Source: Hydrurus foetidus (Eukaryota). Taken from it: a stretch of 64,000 nucleotides of DNA. Every line of letters begins with the position of its first letter. Position 1 is the stretch's first letter. The stretch is taken from the NCBI GenBank assembly GCA_900617105.1, contig UYFQ01000839.1, positions 1 to 64,000 on the forward strand, written 5' to 3'. The notes under the pieces were generated by a model. It searched no databases. It had not been told where the DNA came from and worked only from the letters and a program-made list of their open reading frames with translations. The position numbers were made by a program, and so were the translations under genes. This document shows, in pieces, positions 42,328 through 55,795 of the stretch.

Positions 42328-43758
42328 CTAGACCGCCGTCCCGCCCACCGTCAGGCCGGTGATCTTCAGCGACGGCTGGCCGACGCCGACCGGCACGCCC
42401 TGGCCCGACTTGCCGCAGACGCCGATGCCGGGGTCGAAGTCGAAGTCGTGGCCGATCATGGTCACCTTGGTCAGGGCGCTGGGGCCATCGCCGATCAGGG
42501 TGGCGCCCTTGACCGGGGCGGTGATCTTGCCGTCCTCGACCAGATAGGCCTCGGTGCACTGGAAGACGAACTTGCCGTTGGTGATGTCCACCTGGCCGCC
42601 GCCGAAATTGGCGCAGTAGAGGCCGCGCTTCATCGAGGCGATCATCTCGGCCGGATCGTCCTTGCCGGCCAGCATGCCGGTGTTGGTCATGCGCGGCAGG
42701 GGCATGTGAGCATAGGACTGGCGGCGACCGTTGCCGGTGGCCTGCATGCCCATCAGCCGGGCGCTCATGCGGTCGTGCATGTAGCCGACCAGAATGCCGT
42801 CCTCGATCAGGATGGTGCGCTCGGTGGGGGTGCCCTCGTCGTCGATGGTCAGCGAGCCGCGCCGGCCCGGCAGCGATCCATCGTCGAACACCGTGACGCC
42901 CTTGGCCGCCACCCGCTCGCCGATGCGGCCGGAGAAGGCTGAAATGCCCTTGCGGTTGAAGTCGCCTTCCAGGCCGTGGCCGACGGCCTCGTGCAGCAGG
43001 ATGCCGTTCCAGCCGCAGCCCAGCACCACGTCCATCTCGCCGGCGGGGCAGGGGATGGCGTCCAGATTGACCAGGGCCTGGCGCAGGGCCTCGTCGACCT
43101 GGTGCTGCCACCGGTCGGGGCTGATCCAGGCCGAGAAGCCGGCGCGACCGCCGGCCCCGGATGAGCCGCTCTCGCGCTTGCCGTCCTTCTCGACGGTGAC
43201 CTGCACATTGACGCGGACCAGCGGGCGGACGTCGCGCACCAGCTTGCCGTCGGCGCGCAGGATCTCGATCACCCGGCGCTCGCCGGCCATCGAGGCCATC
43301 ACCTGGACGACGCGCGGATCGCGGGCGCGGGCGAAGGCGTCGATCTCTTGCAGCAGCGAGATCTTGTCGGAAAAGGCGGGTGAGGCGAGGGGATCGTCTT
43401 CGCCGTACAGCCGCTCGTTGGTCGAACGGGGTCCCTCGGCGCTGACGCCGGCATAGCCGCGCTTGGCGAGGCTGGCCGAGGCGGCGGCCCGGCCGATGGC
43501 GGCCTCGGAAATCTCGGCGGCATGGGCGTAGCCGGCCGTCTCTCCGGCCACGACGCGAAGGCCGAAACCCTCGCCCGAATCATAGGAGGCGCTCTTCAGG
43601 CGGCCGTCGTCGAAGACGAAGGCCTCGCTCTCGGAGCGTTCGATAAAGAGCTCGCCGTCATCGGCGCCGGCCAGGGCCTCGCCGAGGATGTTGCGGGCGT
43701 GGTCGTGATCGACGCCGGCGGCGTCAAGCAGGGAGGGGGCGGAGATCGGAGCGTTCAT
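42328..43758 (-). CDS. tldD: Metalloprotease TldD
   Basis: GFGLRVVAGE, DVRPLVR, GILLHEAVGHGLEGDFNRKG, DDEGTP, TGNGRRQSY, PRMTNT, CGKSGQ.VPVG.GQP. Confidence 0.96.
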   Translation of the reverse strand: MNAPISAPSLLDAAGVDHDHARNILGEALAGADDGELFIERSESEAFVFDDGRLKSASYDSGEGFGLRVVAGETAGYAHAAEISEAAIGRAAASASLAKRGYAGVSAEGPRSTNERLYGEDDPLASPAFSDKISLLQEIDAFARARDPRVVQVMASMAGERRVIEILRADGKLVRDVRPLVRVNVQVTVEKDGKRESGSSGAGGRAGFSAWISPDRWQHQVDEALRQALVNLDAIPCPAGEMDVVLGCGWNGILLHEAVGHGLEGDFNRKGISAFSGRIGERVAAKGVTVFDDGSLPGRRGSLTIDDEGTPTERTILIEDGILVGYMHDRMSARLMGMQATGNGRRQSYAHMPLPRMTNTGMLAGKDDPAEMIASMKRGLYCANFGGGQVDITNGKFVFQCTEAYLVEDGKITAPVKGATLIGDGPSALTKVTMIGHDFDFDPGIGVCGKSGQGVPVGVGQPSLKITGLTVGGTAV

Positions 43759-43809
43759 GCGCCTACAGGTAAGCGTTCGAAGCCGTTCCGTCACCCCGCC
43801 CCTTTGTCG

Positions 43810-44607
43810 TCAGTAGTTGTGATGCACCGAACCCGAACCGCTGATCGTGCTGGTTTCGCTGACGGGTTGGCGGCGCAGGCTGACGTCGCCGCTGCCCGAG
43901 ATGGCGATCTTGACCGTATTGCTGGTCGAGATATCGGCGTCGCCGCTGCCGGAGAGGGCGATATCGGCGTTCAGCGCCTGCAGTTCGTCGAGCTCGGCGT
44001 CGCCCGATCCCGCCGTAGCCACGACCAGGCCCGTGGTCTGGCCGGAGGCGTTGATGTCGCCGCTGCCATTCAGCGCCAGGGTCAGGGCCGGTTGATTGTA
44101 GCCCTGGATCGCCAGATCGCCCGAACCGTCCAGCGTGAAGCTGCGGACGTTGGGGGCGGTGACGACGATCCGCGTCTGATCGGCGTTGCTGTGAAAGCGG
44201 ACGCCGTTGCGGTCGATGGTCAGGCTGTCGGCGTTGACATCGTAGTGATCGCCGTCGCCGTCGGTCAGGCTGATGCGGCCCTCCTCGACCCGGAGGCGAT
44301 CGACGACGGCCCTGGGGCCCCGGATCTCGACCCCGGCGACCGGACCCTGCACATAGGTCACGTCGATGGGCAGGTCGATCGTCAGCGTTTCGCTGGTCCA
44401 GGCCAGCTGGCGCGAGACGATCGGCGAGGCCTTCGCGCCGCTGATATCGACATGGCTGGATCGGAACTCGCCGTCGCCGACATGGTCGAAGGGAATGGTC
44501 CAGCCGTCCTTGAGAATGACCGGACCGGCCAGGGCGGCGACGCCGGCGAAGCTGCCGAGCATCAGCACGAAGCTGGCTCCGCCGATGATGAGCGCATTAC
44601 GGATCAT
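43810..44607 (-). CDS. DUF2807 / head GIN-domain (adhesin-like beta-helix) protein
   Basis: N-terminal membrane anchor and repeated (L/I)xGSGD units. Confidence 0.85.
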   Translation of the reverse strand: MIRNALIIGGASFVLMLGSFAGVAALAGPVILKDGWTIPFDHVGDGEFRSSHVDISGAKASPIVSRQLAWTSETLTIDLPIDVTYVQGPVAGVEIRGPRAVVDRLRVEEGRISLTDGDGDHYDVNADSLTIDRNGVRFHSNADQTRIVVTAPNVRSFTLDGSGDLAIQGYNQPALTLALNGSGDINASGQTTGLVVATAGSGDAELDELQALNADIALSGSGDADISTSNTVKIAISGSGDVSLRRQPVSETSTISGSGSVHHNY

Positions 44608-44617
44608 GACGGGCCCC

Positions 44618-45182
44618 TCAGCCTTGGTTTTCGATGGCCGGCTTAAGCAGCCGGAAGTGCAGGCGGCCGTACCAGACGACCGCGTTGAAGAGGCCCACCG
44701 TGACGATGGTGAGCAGGGCGCCCAGGAAGGTGGCGCCGGCCATCAGGCCTACGCCGGCCAGCAAGGCCGTCAGCGGCCCGCCCGGAGGCGCGGCTAATGG
44801 TCCCATGGCGAAGACGAAGCCGCCCGAGACGAACAGGGCGACCACGGCGACCAGGAAACCGAACAGCGCCGCCAGCACGCCCATCAGCATGGGCAGCAGG
44901 AACATGATGTCGATCGCCCCCAGGCCGATCAGGGCGATGATCGCCGCGCCGGCTGCAGCGGGGTTCTTGGCCTCTTGCCAGCGCTTCGCCCGCATCGGCG
45001 CGCAGTTCGCGCGCCAGACGGTCGGGATCGCCCAGGGCGGCGGCGGCTTCGGCCTCGCTGCGGCCTTCGGCCATGGCGTCGGCGAAGTGCGCCTCGTGAT
45101 CGGCGACGATGTCGGCGATCGTGGTGGCGGGCAGACCGGCCAGACCCCGGCGCAGCCGGGACATGAACTCGATACGGGTCAT
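44618..45182 (-). CDS. DUF1700 (HAAS domain) membrane protein (frameshift near 44990)
   Basis: MTRIEFMSRLRRGLAGLP..IADIVADHEAHF....GRSEAEAAAALGDP..LAREL followed by TM helices. Confidence 0.88.
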
Positions 45183-45505
45183 GCGGCGGCTCCCAGGATG
45201 TCTTCGACGGCCGTGGTGAAGGCGGCCCATTCGGTCTTCTGCTGCGTGAAGCTGGCGCGGCCAGCCGACGTCAGGCGGTAATATTTGCGCGGCGGGCCGC
45301 TCTGGGATTCGACCAGATAGGTCTCCACCAGGCCGTCCGACTGCATGCGGCGCATCAGCGGATAGATTGTTCCCTCCCCCATATCGATGTCCTTCGCGAG
45401 CTTGCTGGCGATCTCGTAGGCGTAGCTGTCGGCTTTCGACAGCAGGGCCAGCACACAGAGCGCCAGCACGCCTTTCTTCAGTTGTATTTCAATGGCTTCC
45501 GGCAC
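45179..45505 (-). CDS. PadR-family transcriptional regulator
   Basis: QLKKGVLALCVL, SYAYEI, EGTIYPLMRR, GPPRKYYRLT. Confidence 0.94.
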   Translation of the reverse strand: MPEAIEIQLKKGVLALCVLALLSKADSYAYEIASKLAKDIDMGEGTIYPLMRRMQSDGLVETYLVESQSGPPRKYYRLTSAGRASFTQQKTEWAAFTTAVEDILGAAA

Positions 45506-45526
45506 TTGGTCCTCGCCTCGGTTGAT

Positions 45527-45582
45527 GCACTCTTCTACGGCAAGGTACTGAGCGGTGCAAGGTACCTGTCAATGAACGTTAC
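45527..45582. promoter_or_regulatory. Tandem PadR-type operators
   Basis: GCAAGGTAC occurs twice. GTAC at 45545 and 45562 and TTAC at 45579 give a 17-bp period in the padR promoter. Confidence 0.55.
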
Positions 45583-45811
45583 GTAATGATCCGGAGCCTT
45601 GCGGCGGGGGTTATTGAAAGCTGTTCGCAGCTGGATACCCGAACCGTTGCCAAGGAGGGTTTCCCGGGGGTTTCAGGCGCTTGGCAACCGCTGGCGATGC
45701 GCGTATGCAGCCAACAGAATGGTCAGTTGGGCGGGCGCGACCGCGACTCAATTATCTGGAGTCGATTGCGCGATACCGCGAGCCTGACTGTAATGTGCAT
45801 GTCGGCGCGAC

Positions 45812-45845
45812 GTGACGTTGATCAAGGTCAAATGATCGACGTCAA
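45812..45845. promoter_or_regulatory. Tandem FixK/FNR-type boxes upstream of coxB
   Basis: TTGAT-CAAG-GTCAA (45818-45831) abuts ATGAT-CGAC-GTCAA (45832-45845). Consensus is TTGAT-N4-ATCAA. Confidence 0.65.
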
Positions 45846-45873
45846 ATCGGCGCTGAAACGGGCCGTGAGGGAT

Positions 45874-48480
<2,607 letters not shown>

Positions 48481-48553
48481 CCTAAGCCTGAAACGCGGGG
48501 GCGCGGTCTGGACCCTTAAGGGCGCTTCGCCCTCTCACACCGCTATAATCAGA

Positions 48554-49544
48554 ATGATGTCGAAGATCCCGCCATGACCCCGGAAACCGCCCCGCCGCGA
48601 CGACGCCCGAGCCCCGCTGGAAGACTATTTCCAGCTGCTGAAGCCCGCGTGATGTCGCTGGTCGTGTTCACGGCGCTGACCGGCCTTCTGGCACCGCGCG
48701 CCGATGCACTCCCGTCTGGTGCCATCGCCGTCCTGTGCATCGCCATCGGGGCCGGGGCGGCGGGAGCCTTCAACATGGCGCTCGACGCCGATACCGACGC
48801 CCTGATGCGACGTACGCGCGGCCGGCCCGTGCCGTCGGGCAAGGTGAAGAAGAACGACGCCGCCGCCCTCGGCGTGGTGCTCAGCCTGCTCTCGGTGATG
48901 CTGCTGGGCATGGCGGTCAACTGGCTGGCGGCGGGTCTGCTGGCCTTCACCATCGTCTTCTACGCCGTGGTCTACACCATGTGGCTCAAGCGCTGGACGA
49001 CCCAGAACATCGTCATCGGCGGCGCGGCGGGCGCCCTGCCCCGTGATCGGCTGGGCGGCGGCGACGGGCTCGGCCCCGTGGCACGCCTGGCTGCTGGTTT
49101 TGATCATCTTCTTCTGGACCCCGCCGCACTTCTGGGCGCTGTCGCTGTACATCACCACCGACTACGCCAAGGCCGGCGATGCCGATGATGCCGGTGGTCA
49201 AGGGCGAAGCCACGCGGCTGCAGATCCTGATCTACAGCCTGTTCTGGTCCGGTCGCGATCGCGCCGGTGCTGACCGGTCATGGGCGGCCCGCTGTACCTG
49301 GCGGTCGCCGCCTGGCCGGCGCGATGTTCCTGCTGCTGGCCTTCCGGGTGTTTCTCAGCAAGGCCGGCGACGCCGCCGATCCGCGCGCCGCCGACCGCGA
49401 CCTCTATGAGGTCACGGACGATGTGAAGGCGCCGGGGCCAAACCGGCGCGAAATCTGTTCGCCTTCTCGATCCTTTATCTGATGGCCCTGTTCGCGGCCC
49501 TTCTGGTCGAGAGCTTTGGCGTTACCCTGGAGCTTTTGCGATGA
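48554..49544 (+). CDS. ctaB: Protoheme IX farnesyltransferase (heme O synthase), several frameshifts
   Basis: [60 protein letters not shown]. Confidence 0.92.
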
Positions 49545-49688
49545 ACAAGCTTGTCGAACAAGACGCCGCCGCGCGGGCGCGCAAGGGGCGCAGCATTGCC
49601 CTGGGCCTGGGCCTGTTGGCCTTCGTCATTCTGATCTTGTGGTCACTGTCGTGAGGCTCGGCGCAATGTCGCTAACCGTCCCTTCTGA
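49541..49688 (+). CDS. Small single-TM protein of the cox operon (CoxF-like), frameshifted
   Basis: [31 protein letters not shown].. with an ATGA overlap, positioned between ctaB and ctaG. Confidence 0.6.
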
Positions 49689-49784
49689 TCCCGGCCCGGC
49701 GGAAGCCTGCCCCCCTGATCTGGGCAAGGCTCCGCTCAAGGCGCTGAAGCCCGTCAAGACCTGGCGGCCCGCCGCAATGCGCGC

Positions 49785-50366
49785 GTGGGCCTGCTGTGCG
49801 CGGCCGCCTGGTTCGGCATGGTCGGCGCGGCGTTCGCCGCAGTGCCGCTCTACAAGCTGTTTTGCCAGATGACCGGCTTCGACGGCACCGTGCGCAAGGC
49901 CGATCTGGCCCCGACCAAGGTGCTGGACCGCAAGGTCAAGATCCGGTTCGACGCCAATATCCGCAACCTGCCCTGGGACTTCTCGACCGAGCAGGTCAGC
50001 CAGGATATCCGGATCGGCGACACGGGCCTGGCGTTCTTCAAGGTCACCAACCGCAGCGATCAGGCCATGACTGGCCGCGCCATCTACAATGTGGTGCCCG
50101 AACAGGCCGGACCGTACTTCCAGAAACTGGAATGTTTCTGCTTTTCCAACCAGACGATCCAGCCCGGCCAGACGGTCGAGTTTCCCGTCGTCTACTTCGT
50201 CGATCCGCAATATGTCGATGATCCGGAGACCAAGGGAAAGGGCGAGATCACCCTCTCCTACACCTTCTTCCCGGCGGTCGAGGACGACTCCGGGAAAAAT
50301 CTGGTGGCTTCAACAACGCCGCGTATCGTTCAACCCCTTGGCGGCGCGCCGTCGAGAGGGCTATAG
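49785..50366 (+). CDS. ctaG: Cytochrome c oxidase assembly protein CtaG/Cox11 (true start probably further upstream)
   Basis: AAVPLYKLFCQMTGFDGT, YFQKLECFCF, ITLSYTF. Confidence 0.94.
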   Translation: MGLLCAAAWFGMVGAAFAAVPLYKLFCQMTGFDGTVRKADLAPTKVLDRKVKIRFDANIRNLPWDFSTEQVSQDIRIGDTGLAFFKVTNRSDQAMTGRAIYNVVPEQAGPYFQKLECFCFSNQTIQPGQTVEFPVVYFVDPQYVDDPETKGKGEITLSYTFFPAVEDDSGKNLVASTTPRIVQPLGGAPSRGL

Positions 50367-50438
50367 CGTTCATTATGGAGCGTTGCAGCGGGGGGACTCG
50401 GCGGGCAACGTCTAGAGGGAATAAGGGTTAGCACCACC

Positions 50439-51314
50439 ATGGCCCACGGCGCCGTCAAACACGACTATCACATCCTGCCGCCCAGCCCCTGGCCCCTCGT
50501 GGGCTCGGTCGCCGCCACCATCATGGCCATCGGCCTGATCGGCTGGATCAAGGGCGGTGTTCTGGGTATCGAAAAGGGCAACTGGGCGATCTTCGCCGCA
50601 GGCTTTGCCGGCATCCTCTACACCTTCTTCGGTTGGTGGAGCGATGTGGCCAAGGAAGCCAAGGCCGGCGACCACACGCCGGTCGTCTCGATCGGCCTGC
50701 GCTACGGCATGATCCTGTTCATCGCTTCGGAAGTGATGTTCTTCGTCGCCTGGTTCTGGATGTTCTTCGAGATGGCGCTGTTCCACGAACACCGCACCCT
50801 CTCGGCCATCGAGGAAGTCCGCACCGCCTGGGCCACCTGGCCGCCCCTGGGCGTCGAGACCGTCTCTCCCTGGCACCTGCCGCTGGTCAACACCCTGACC
50901 CTGCTGCTGTCGGGCACCACCGTCACCTGGGCGCACCACGCGCTGCAGGTCGGCGATCGCAAGGGCGCCAAGTGGGGTCTGATCCTGACCGTCCTGCTGG
51001 GCGCGCTGTTCACGGGCATCCAGTTCTATGAATACGCCCACATCAACCACGAGCAGCTGTTCTATTCGGACGCGGCGGTGAACTCGGGCCTCTACGGTTC
51101 GACCTTCTTCCTGGCCACCGGCTTCCACGGCTTCCACGTGTTTGTCGGCACCCTGTTCCTGATCGTCTGCCTGATCCGCCTGCAGAACGGCGCCTTCACC
51201 CCCAAGCAGCACTTCGGCTTCGAAGCGGCCGCCTGGTACTGGCACTTCGTGGACGTGGTCTGGCTGTTCCTGTTCGCCTTCATCTACGTGATCTTCGGCG
51301 CTTCGGCCCACTAG
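50439..51314 (+). CDS. coxC: Cytochrome c oxidase subunit III
   Basis: HDYHILPPSPWP, LRYGMILFIASEVMFF, ATGFHGFHV, AAAWYWHFVDVVWLFLF. Confidence 0.97.
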   Translation: MAHGAVKHDYHILPPSPWPLVGSVAATIMAIGLIGWIKGGVLGIEKGNWAIFAAGFAGILYTFFGWWSDVAKEAKAGDHTPVVSIGLRYGMILFIASEVMFFVAWFWMFFEMALFHEHRTLSAIEEVRTAWATWPPLGVETVSPWHLPLVNTLTLLLSGTTVTWAHHALQVGDRKGAKWGLILTVLLGALFTGIQFYEYAHINHEQLFYSDAAVNSGLYGSTFFLATGFHGFHVFVGTLFLIVCLIRLQNGAFTPKQHFGFEAAAWYWHFVDVVWLFLFAFIYVIFGASAH

Positions 51315-51387
51315 GCATCGAAGAAAATGTGAGGGCTAAACCCCTCACATTTTGAGCCGCCACGCTCTAAGATCCAGACTTCCGAGG

Positions 51388-51424
51388 GGGCCCGGAACGC
51401 TAAGCCAGCGTTCCGGGCCTTTTT
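51388..51424 (+). terminator. Rho-independent terminator after coxC
   Basis: GGCCCGGAACGCT-AAGCC-AGCGTTCCGGGCC followed by TTTTT. Confidence 0.85.
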
Positions 51425-51440
51425 CATTTCAGGAGGCTCC

Positions 51441-51803
51441 ATGAGCCACACCAACCCCTATCTGGCCGGCGCCAGCGGTCGCTGCCCCAAGTGCGGCGAG
51501 GGCTTCCTGTTCGACGGGTTCCTGAAGATCGCCCCGACCTGCGAAGCCTGCGGCTTCGAGCTGGGCCGCCACGAGACCGGCGACGGGGCTTCGACCTTCA
51601 TCATCCTGATCGGCGGCAGCGTCGGCGCGTTCGGCGCGCTGTTTTCGATGTTTGCCTGGAACTGGCCGATCTGGCTGCTGCTGCTGGTCTGGCTGCCCGT
51701 GACCCTGGGCCTGAGCCTGGGCCTGATGCGGCCCGCCAAGGGTCTGATGGTGGCCGCCCAGGTCGCCAACAAGGCCTCGGAAGCCGGCGGCCGCGATGTC
51801 TGA
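51441..51803 (+). CDS. DUF983 domain protein
   Basis: GRCPKCGEG.LF.GFLK....CEACG followed by two TM segments. Confidence 0.9.
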   Translation: MSHTNPYLAGASGRCPKCGEGFLFDGFLKIAPTCEACGFELGRHETGDGASTFIILIGGSVGAFGALFSMFAWNWPIWLLLLVWLPVTLGLSLGLMRPAKGLMVAAQVANKASEAGGRDV

Positions 51804-52486
51804 GATTTCCTCCCGTCAAAAGCCGCTTCCCCATCGGCCTGACCATCGCCGTGGCGATTGCGTTCGGCATCCTGTGCTTCCTGGGCGCCTGGCAGATCAA
51901 GCGCATGGCCTGGAAGGAGGATCTGCTCGGGCGGATCGAGACCCTGAAGACCGCCCCGGCGGCCCCGATCGGCCCGGTGCTGGCCGCCGCCGCCCAGGGC
52001 CGCAATGTCGCCTGGACGCGGGTCAGCGTCGCCTGCCGCCCGGCGTCCCTGCCGCCCCTGTCCATGGCCTATGGCATCCGCGACGGCGACGTCGTCTGGC
52101 GCGCCCAGGCCCTGTGCGGGATCGAGGGCGGCGGTCCCTATGACCTGATCCTGGTCGATCGCGGCGTGGTTCCCGAGCTGACCGGCCAGGTCGAGGCGCC
52201 GGCGCGCGCCTTCGCCGAGCCTGGGCAGGTCACGGGCATCCTGATCCCGCTGGAGCAGCTGGGCGGCCACCGAGCCGACGCCGTGACCGGGCTGGCCGGC
52301 CGCAAGCCGGCGCCGCTGGCCCTGATGGCCGAGCGCGAGACCCCGGCCCCGGCCGGGATCGTCCCCGCGCCGCTTCCGGCAGAAATTTCCAATCGGCACC
52401 TCGAATACGCCCTGACGTGGTTCGGTCTTGCCGTAACCCTGCTCTTTATCTATGCCGCCATGCTCTGGCGGAGACTGAGACCCTGA
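51796..52486 (+). CDS. surf1: SURF1 family cytochrome oxidase biogenesis protein (frameshift just after the start)
   Basis: LGAWQIKRMAWK, LILVDRGVV, SNRHLEYALTWFGLA. Confidence 0.9.
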
Positions 52487-53866
52487 TGCGCTACGTTTCG
52501 ACCCGCGGCGAGGCCGCCCCCATCGGATTCCTCGACGCTGTCCTGGCGGGCCTGGCTCCCGACGGCGGCCTGTATGTGCCGGCCGAATGGCCGACCTTCA
52601 CCAAGGCGGAAATCGCGGCCTTTGCCGGCAAGCCCTATGATCAGGTCGCCGCCGCCGTGATGGGCAAGTTCGTCGGCGACGACATCCCCGCCGACGTGCT
52701 GGCCGAGATGTGCGCCGAGGCCTATGCCAGCTTCGCCCACAGCGCCGTTGCGCCGCTCAAGCAGCTGGGTCCCAACCGATTCCTGCTGGAGCTGTTCCAC
52801 GGCCCGACCCTGGCGTTCAAGGACGTCGCGATGCAGCTGCTGGGGCGGCTGTACGACTATGTGCTGGAACGCCAGTCGCGAAGATGACCATCATCTGCGC
52901 CACCTCGGGCGACACCGGCGGCGCGGCGGTCGAGGCCTTCCGGGGCCGCAAGAACGCCCGCATCGTGGCCCTCTTTCCCGAGGGCCGGATCAGCGAGGTC
53001 CAGCGCCGGTTCATGACCACGGCGACCGACGATAACGTCGCCTGCGTCTCGATCCTGGGCTCGTTCGACGACTGCCAGGCCATCGTCAAGCAGGCCTTCC
53101 AGGACGACCAGTTCCGCCATGCGGTCGACCTGTCGGGCGTCAACTCGATCAACTGGGCGCGGATCGCGGCCCAGAGCGTCTATTACTTCACCGCCGCCGT
53201 GGCCCTGGGCGCGCCGGAGCGTTCGGTCGCCTTCGTGGTGCCGACGGGCAATTTCGGCGACGCCTATGCCGCCTTTGTGGCTATTCTGGGGCTGCCGATC
53301 GCCCAGATCGTCTGCGCCACCAATTCCAACGACGGCCTGGCCCGGACCTCTGAGGACGGCCGCTACGCCAAGGGCGCGGTGGCCGCCACCCAGGCCCGGC
53401 GATGGACATCCAGGTGGCTTCCAATTTCGAGCGCCTCTATCTCGCCGCCGTGCGCTGGATGGGCCGAACCCGCCGGCCTGGCTTTCCGAGAGCGGCCTGA
53501 TCGACATTCCGCCCAGCGCCTTCGCCACCATGCGCGAGCTGTTCCGCGGTGTGGCCGTCAGCGAGGCCGACACCGCCTGGCCATGCTCTCGACCCTCAAC
53601 GAGACCGGCGAGGTCATCGACCCGCACACCGCCGTGGGCGTGGCGGCGGCTGCGGGCGTCAAGCTGGACGATCCGACCACGCCGGTGGGGTGCATCGCCA
53701 CCGCCCATCCGGCCATGATCCCTGAGGCGGTCGCCGCCGCCTGCGGCTGAGGCCCCGGCCACGCCGCGCGCCACGCCGGTTCTGGAAAAGCCCGGGTTTC
53801 GAGCGGCTGCCGGCCAGCGGCGACACGGTTAACGGCCATGGGCGCACCTTCGCGGCCACTTCGTGA
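52486..53866 (+). CDS. thrC: Threonine synthase (many frameshifts)
   Basis: MRYVSTRG, GLAPDGGLYVP, ELFHGPTLAFKD, ATSGDTG, NSINWARI, VPTGNFGD, DPHTAVG, TAHPA. Confidence 0.94.
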
Positions 53867-55138
53867 GCGCTGTCCGGAAGACGCTGAAGAACGGCGTCCG
53901 GGTCGTCTGCGATCCGAAGCCGGGCCTGGAAACCCTGGCCCTCGCCGCCGTTGCCGGTCGCGGCGCGGCCCATGAGGCTGTCCCGCAGTCGGGCTGGTCG
54001 CACCTGCTAGAGCACATGGTCTTCAAGGGGGCCGGATCACCCAGCGCGCGCGGTATCGCCGAGGCATCGAAAGCCAGGGCGGCTCGCTCAACGCCGCCAC
54101 CGGCTACGAGCGCACGAGCTTCCAGGCGCGGGCCCTGAAGGGCGGCCGGGATCTGGGCATGGACGTCATCGCCGACCTGCTGCTGCGCCCCACCCTCGAC
54201 GAGGCCGATCTGGTCCGCGAAAAGCAGGTGGTGCTGCAGTCGATCGCCGAGGCCGCCGACGCGCCCGACGACTACGTCTTCGACCTGTTCCAGCCGCGCG
54301 GGCTGGGGCCAGCACCCGGTGGCCCGCCCGATCCTGGGCTCGGTCGCGAGCGTCAATTCCGCCACCAACGCCGCCCTGTCCGACTGGCGGGGCGCCCTGT
54401 ACGCCGCCCGACCGGCTGGTCTATCAGCGCCACCGGCGCGGTCAGCGAGGCCGAGCTGATGGCCGCCGCCGAACGGGCCTTTGGCGGCGTACCGGTGCGC
54501 GAGAGCCTGGCTGAACCCGTCGCCGCGCCGGTCGTGGGCGGCCACGAGGGCGAGGCCGCAAGCTGGAACAGTCGCATCTGGTGGCCCTGAGGCCGGCCTG
54601 CGGCGCGCGCGAGCAGGACTATTTCGCCCCAGGATCTTCGCCGAATACCTGGGCTGGGGCATGTCGTCGCGCCTAAAAGCGCCTGGAGGCCCGCGAGAAG
54701 CGCGGTCTGGCCTACAATATCGACGCCTATTCCGACACCTATGCCGATCACGGGGCGCTGGGCATCTATGCCGGCTGCGCGGCGGGCAATGCGGTCGAGA
54801 CCGCCAAGGTCTGCGCCGAGCAGCTGGTCGCCCTGGCCCGCCACATCGAGCCGGCCGAACTGGCCCGCGCCAAGGCCCAGCTGAAGGCGCACATGTTCAT
54901 GGCCCGCGAGGCGGCGCTGTCGCGCGCCGAGCAGGCCGCCGGTCAGGTGCTGCTGTTTGATCGCCTGTATCCGCCGGCCGAGCTGGCCTTCGAGGTCGAC
55001 GCCGTCACCCCGGCCGATGTCGCCCGGCTGGGTCAGCGCCTGCTGGACTCACGACGTTGCGCCACGGCCATCCTGGGCGCCAAGTCGGCCCTGAAAGCCG
55101 GCCCTGCCTTCGAGAAGGCCTTGTTCGCTGCGGCCTGA
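53863..55138 (+). CDS. M16 family (pitrilysin/MPP-like) peptidase (many frameshifts)
   Basis: GWSHLLEHMVFKG (HxxEH), LNAATGYERT, EKQVVLQ.I, GMSSRL, GLAYNI. Confidence 0.9.
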
Positions 55139-55178
55139 TCGCAGACCCTCGCGCCCCTTCGCGCCTGCTGGAGTTCAA

Positions 55179-55751
55179 GTGTCGACCCTTCTGCAGCTGT
55201 TCCGCGCCAGACCCGGCCTCAGGCTTCAGGGCAGCGGCGTCTATCTGCGGCCGCCGCGGTGTCGGACCACCGCGACTGGGCCGATTGCGCGCGAGTCGCG
55301 CAGCTTCCTGGAGCCCTGGGAGCCGTGACCTGGCCTTGACGACCTGGGGCCGCGCCTTCCGCGCCGGCTGGGCGCCTATGCCCGCGAGCTGGAGACCGGC
55401 GAGGCGTGGCCGTTCTTCGTGTCCGCAAGAGTGACGACGCCCTGATCGGCGCGGTGCGGCTGTTTCACGTCCGGCGCGGCGTGTCCCTGAGCGGCTTTCG
55501 TGGGCTACTGGCTGGGTCAGCCCTACACGCGCCAGGGGCACATGTCCGACGCCGTCGCCACCGTGATCCGCTTCGCCTTCGAGGGCCTGGGACTCCATCG
55601 GCTTGAGGCCGCCTGCATGCCGGAAAACACCGCCTCGGCCGGGCTTTTGCTGAAATGCGGCTTTTCCGAGGAGGGTTACGCCCCCGCTTATTTGAAAATT
55701 AACGGCGAGTGGCGAGATCATCGTCTGTTCGGACTTGTTGCGCGATCCTAG
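55179..55751 (+). CDS. RimJ-like GNAT N-acetyltransferase (5' part garbled, start approximate)
   Basis: GYWLGQPYTRQGHMSDAV, LGLHRLEAACMPENTASAGLLLKCGF.EEG....YLKING.WRDH. Confidence 0.88.
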
Positions 55752-55795
55752 CGCCGGTCCGGGCGAGAGACGCCGAGGTGGCGTTGGGATCGAGT

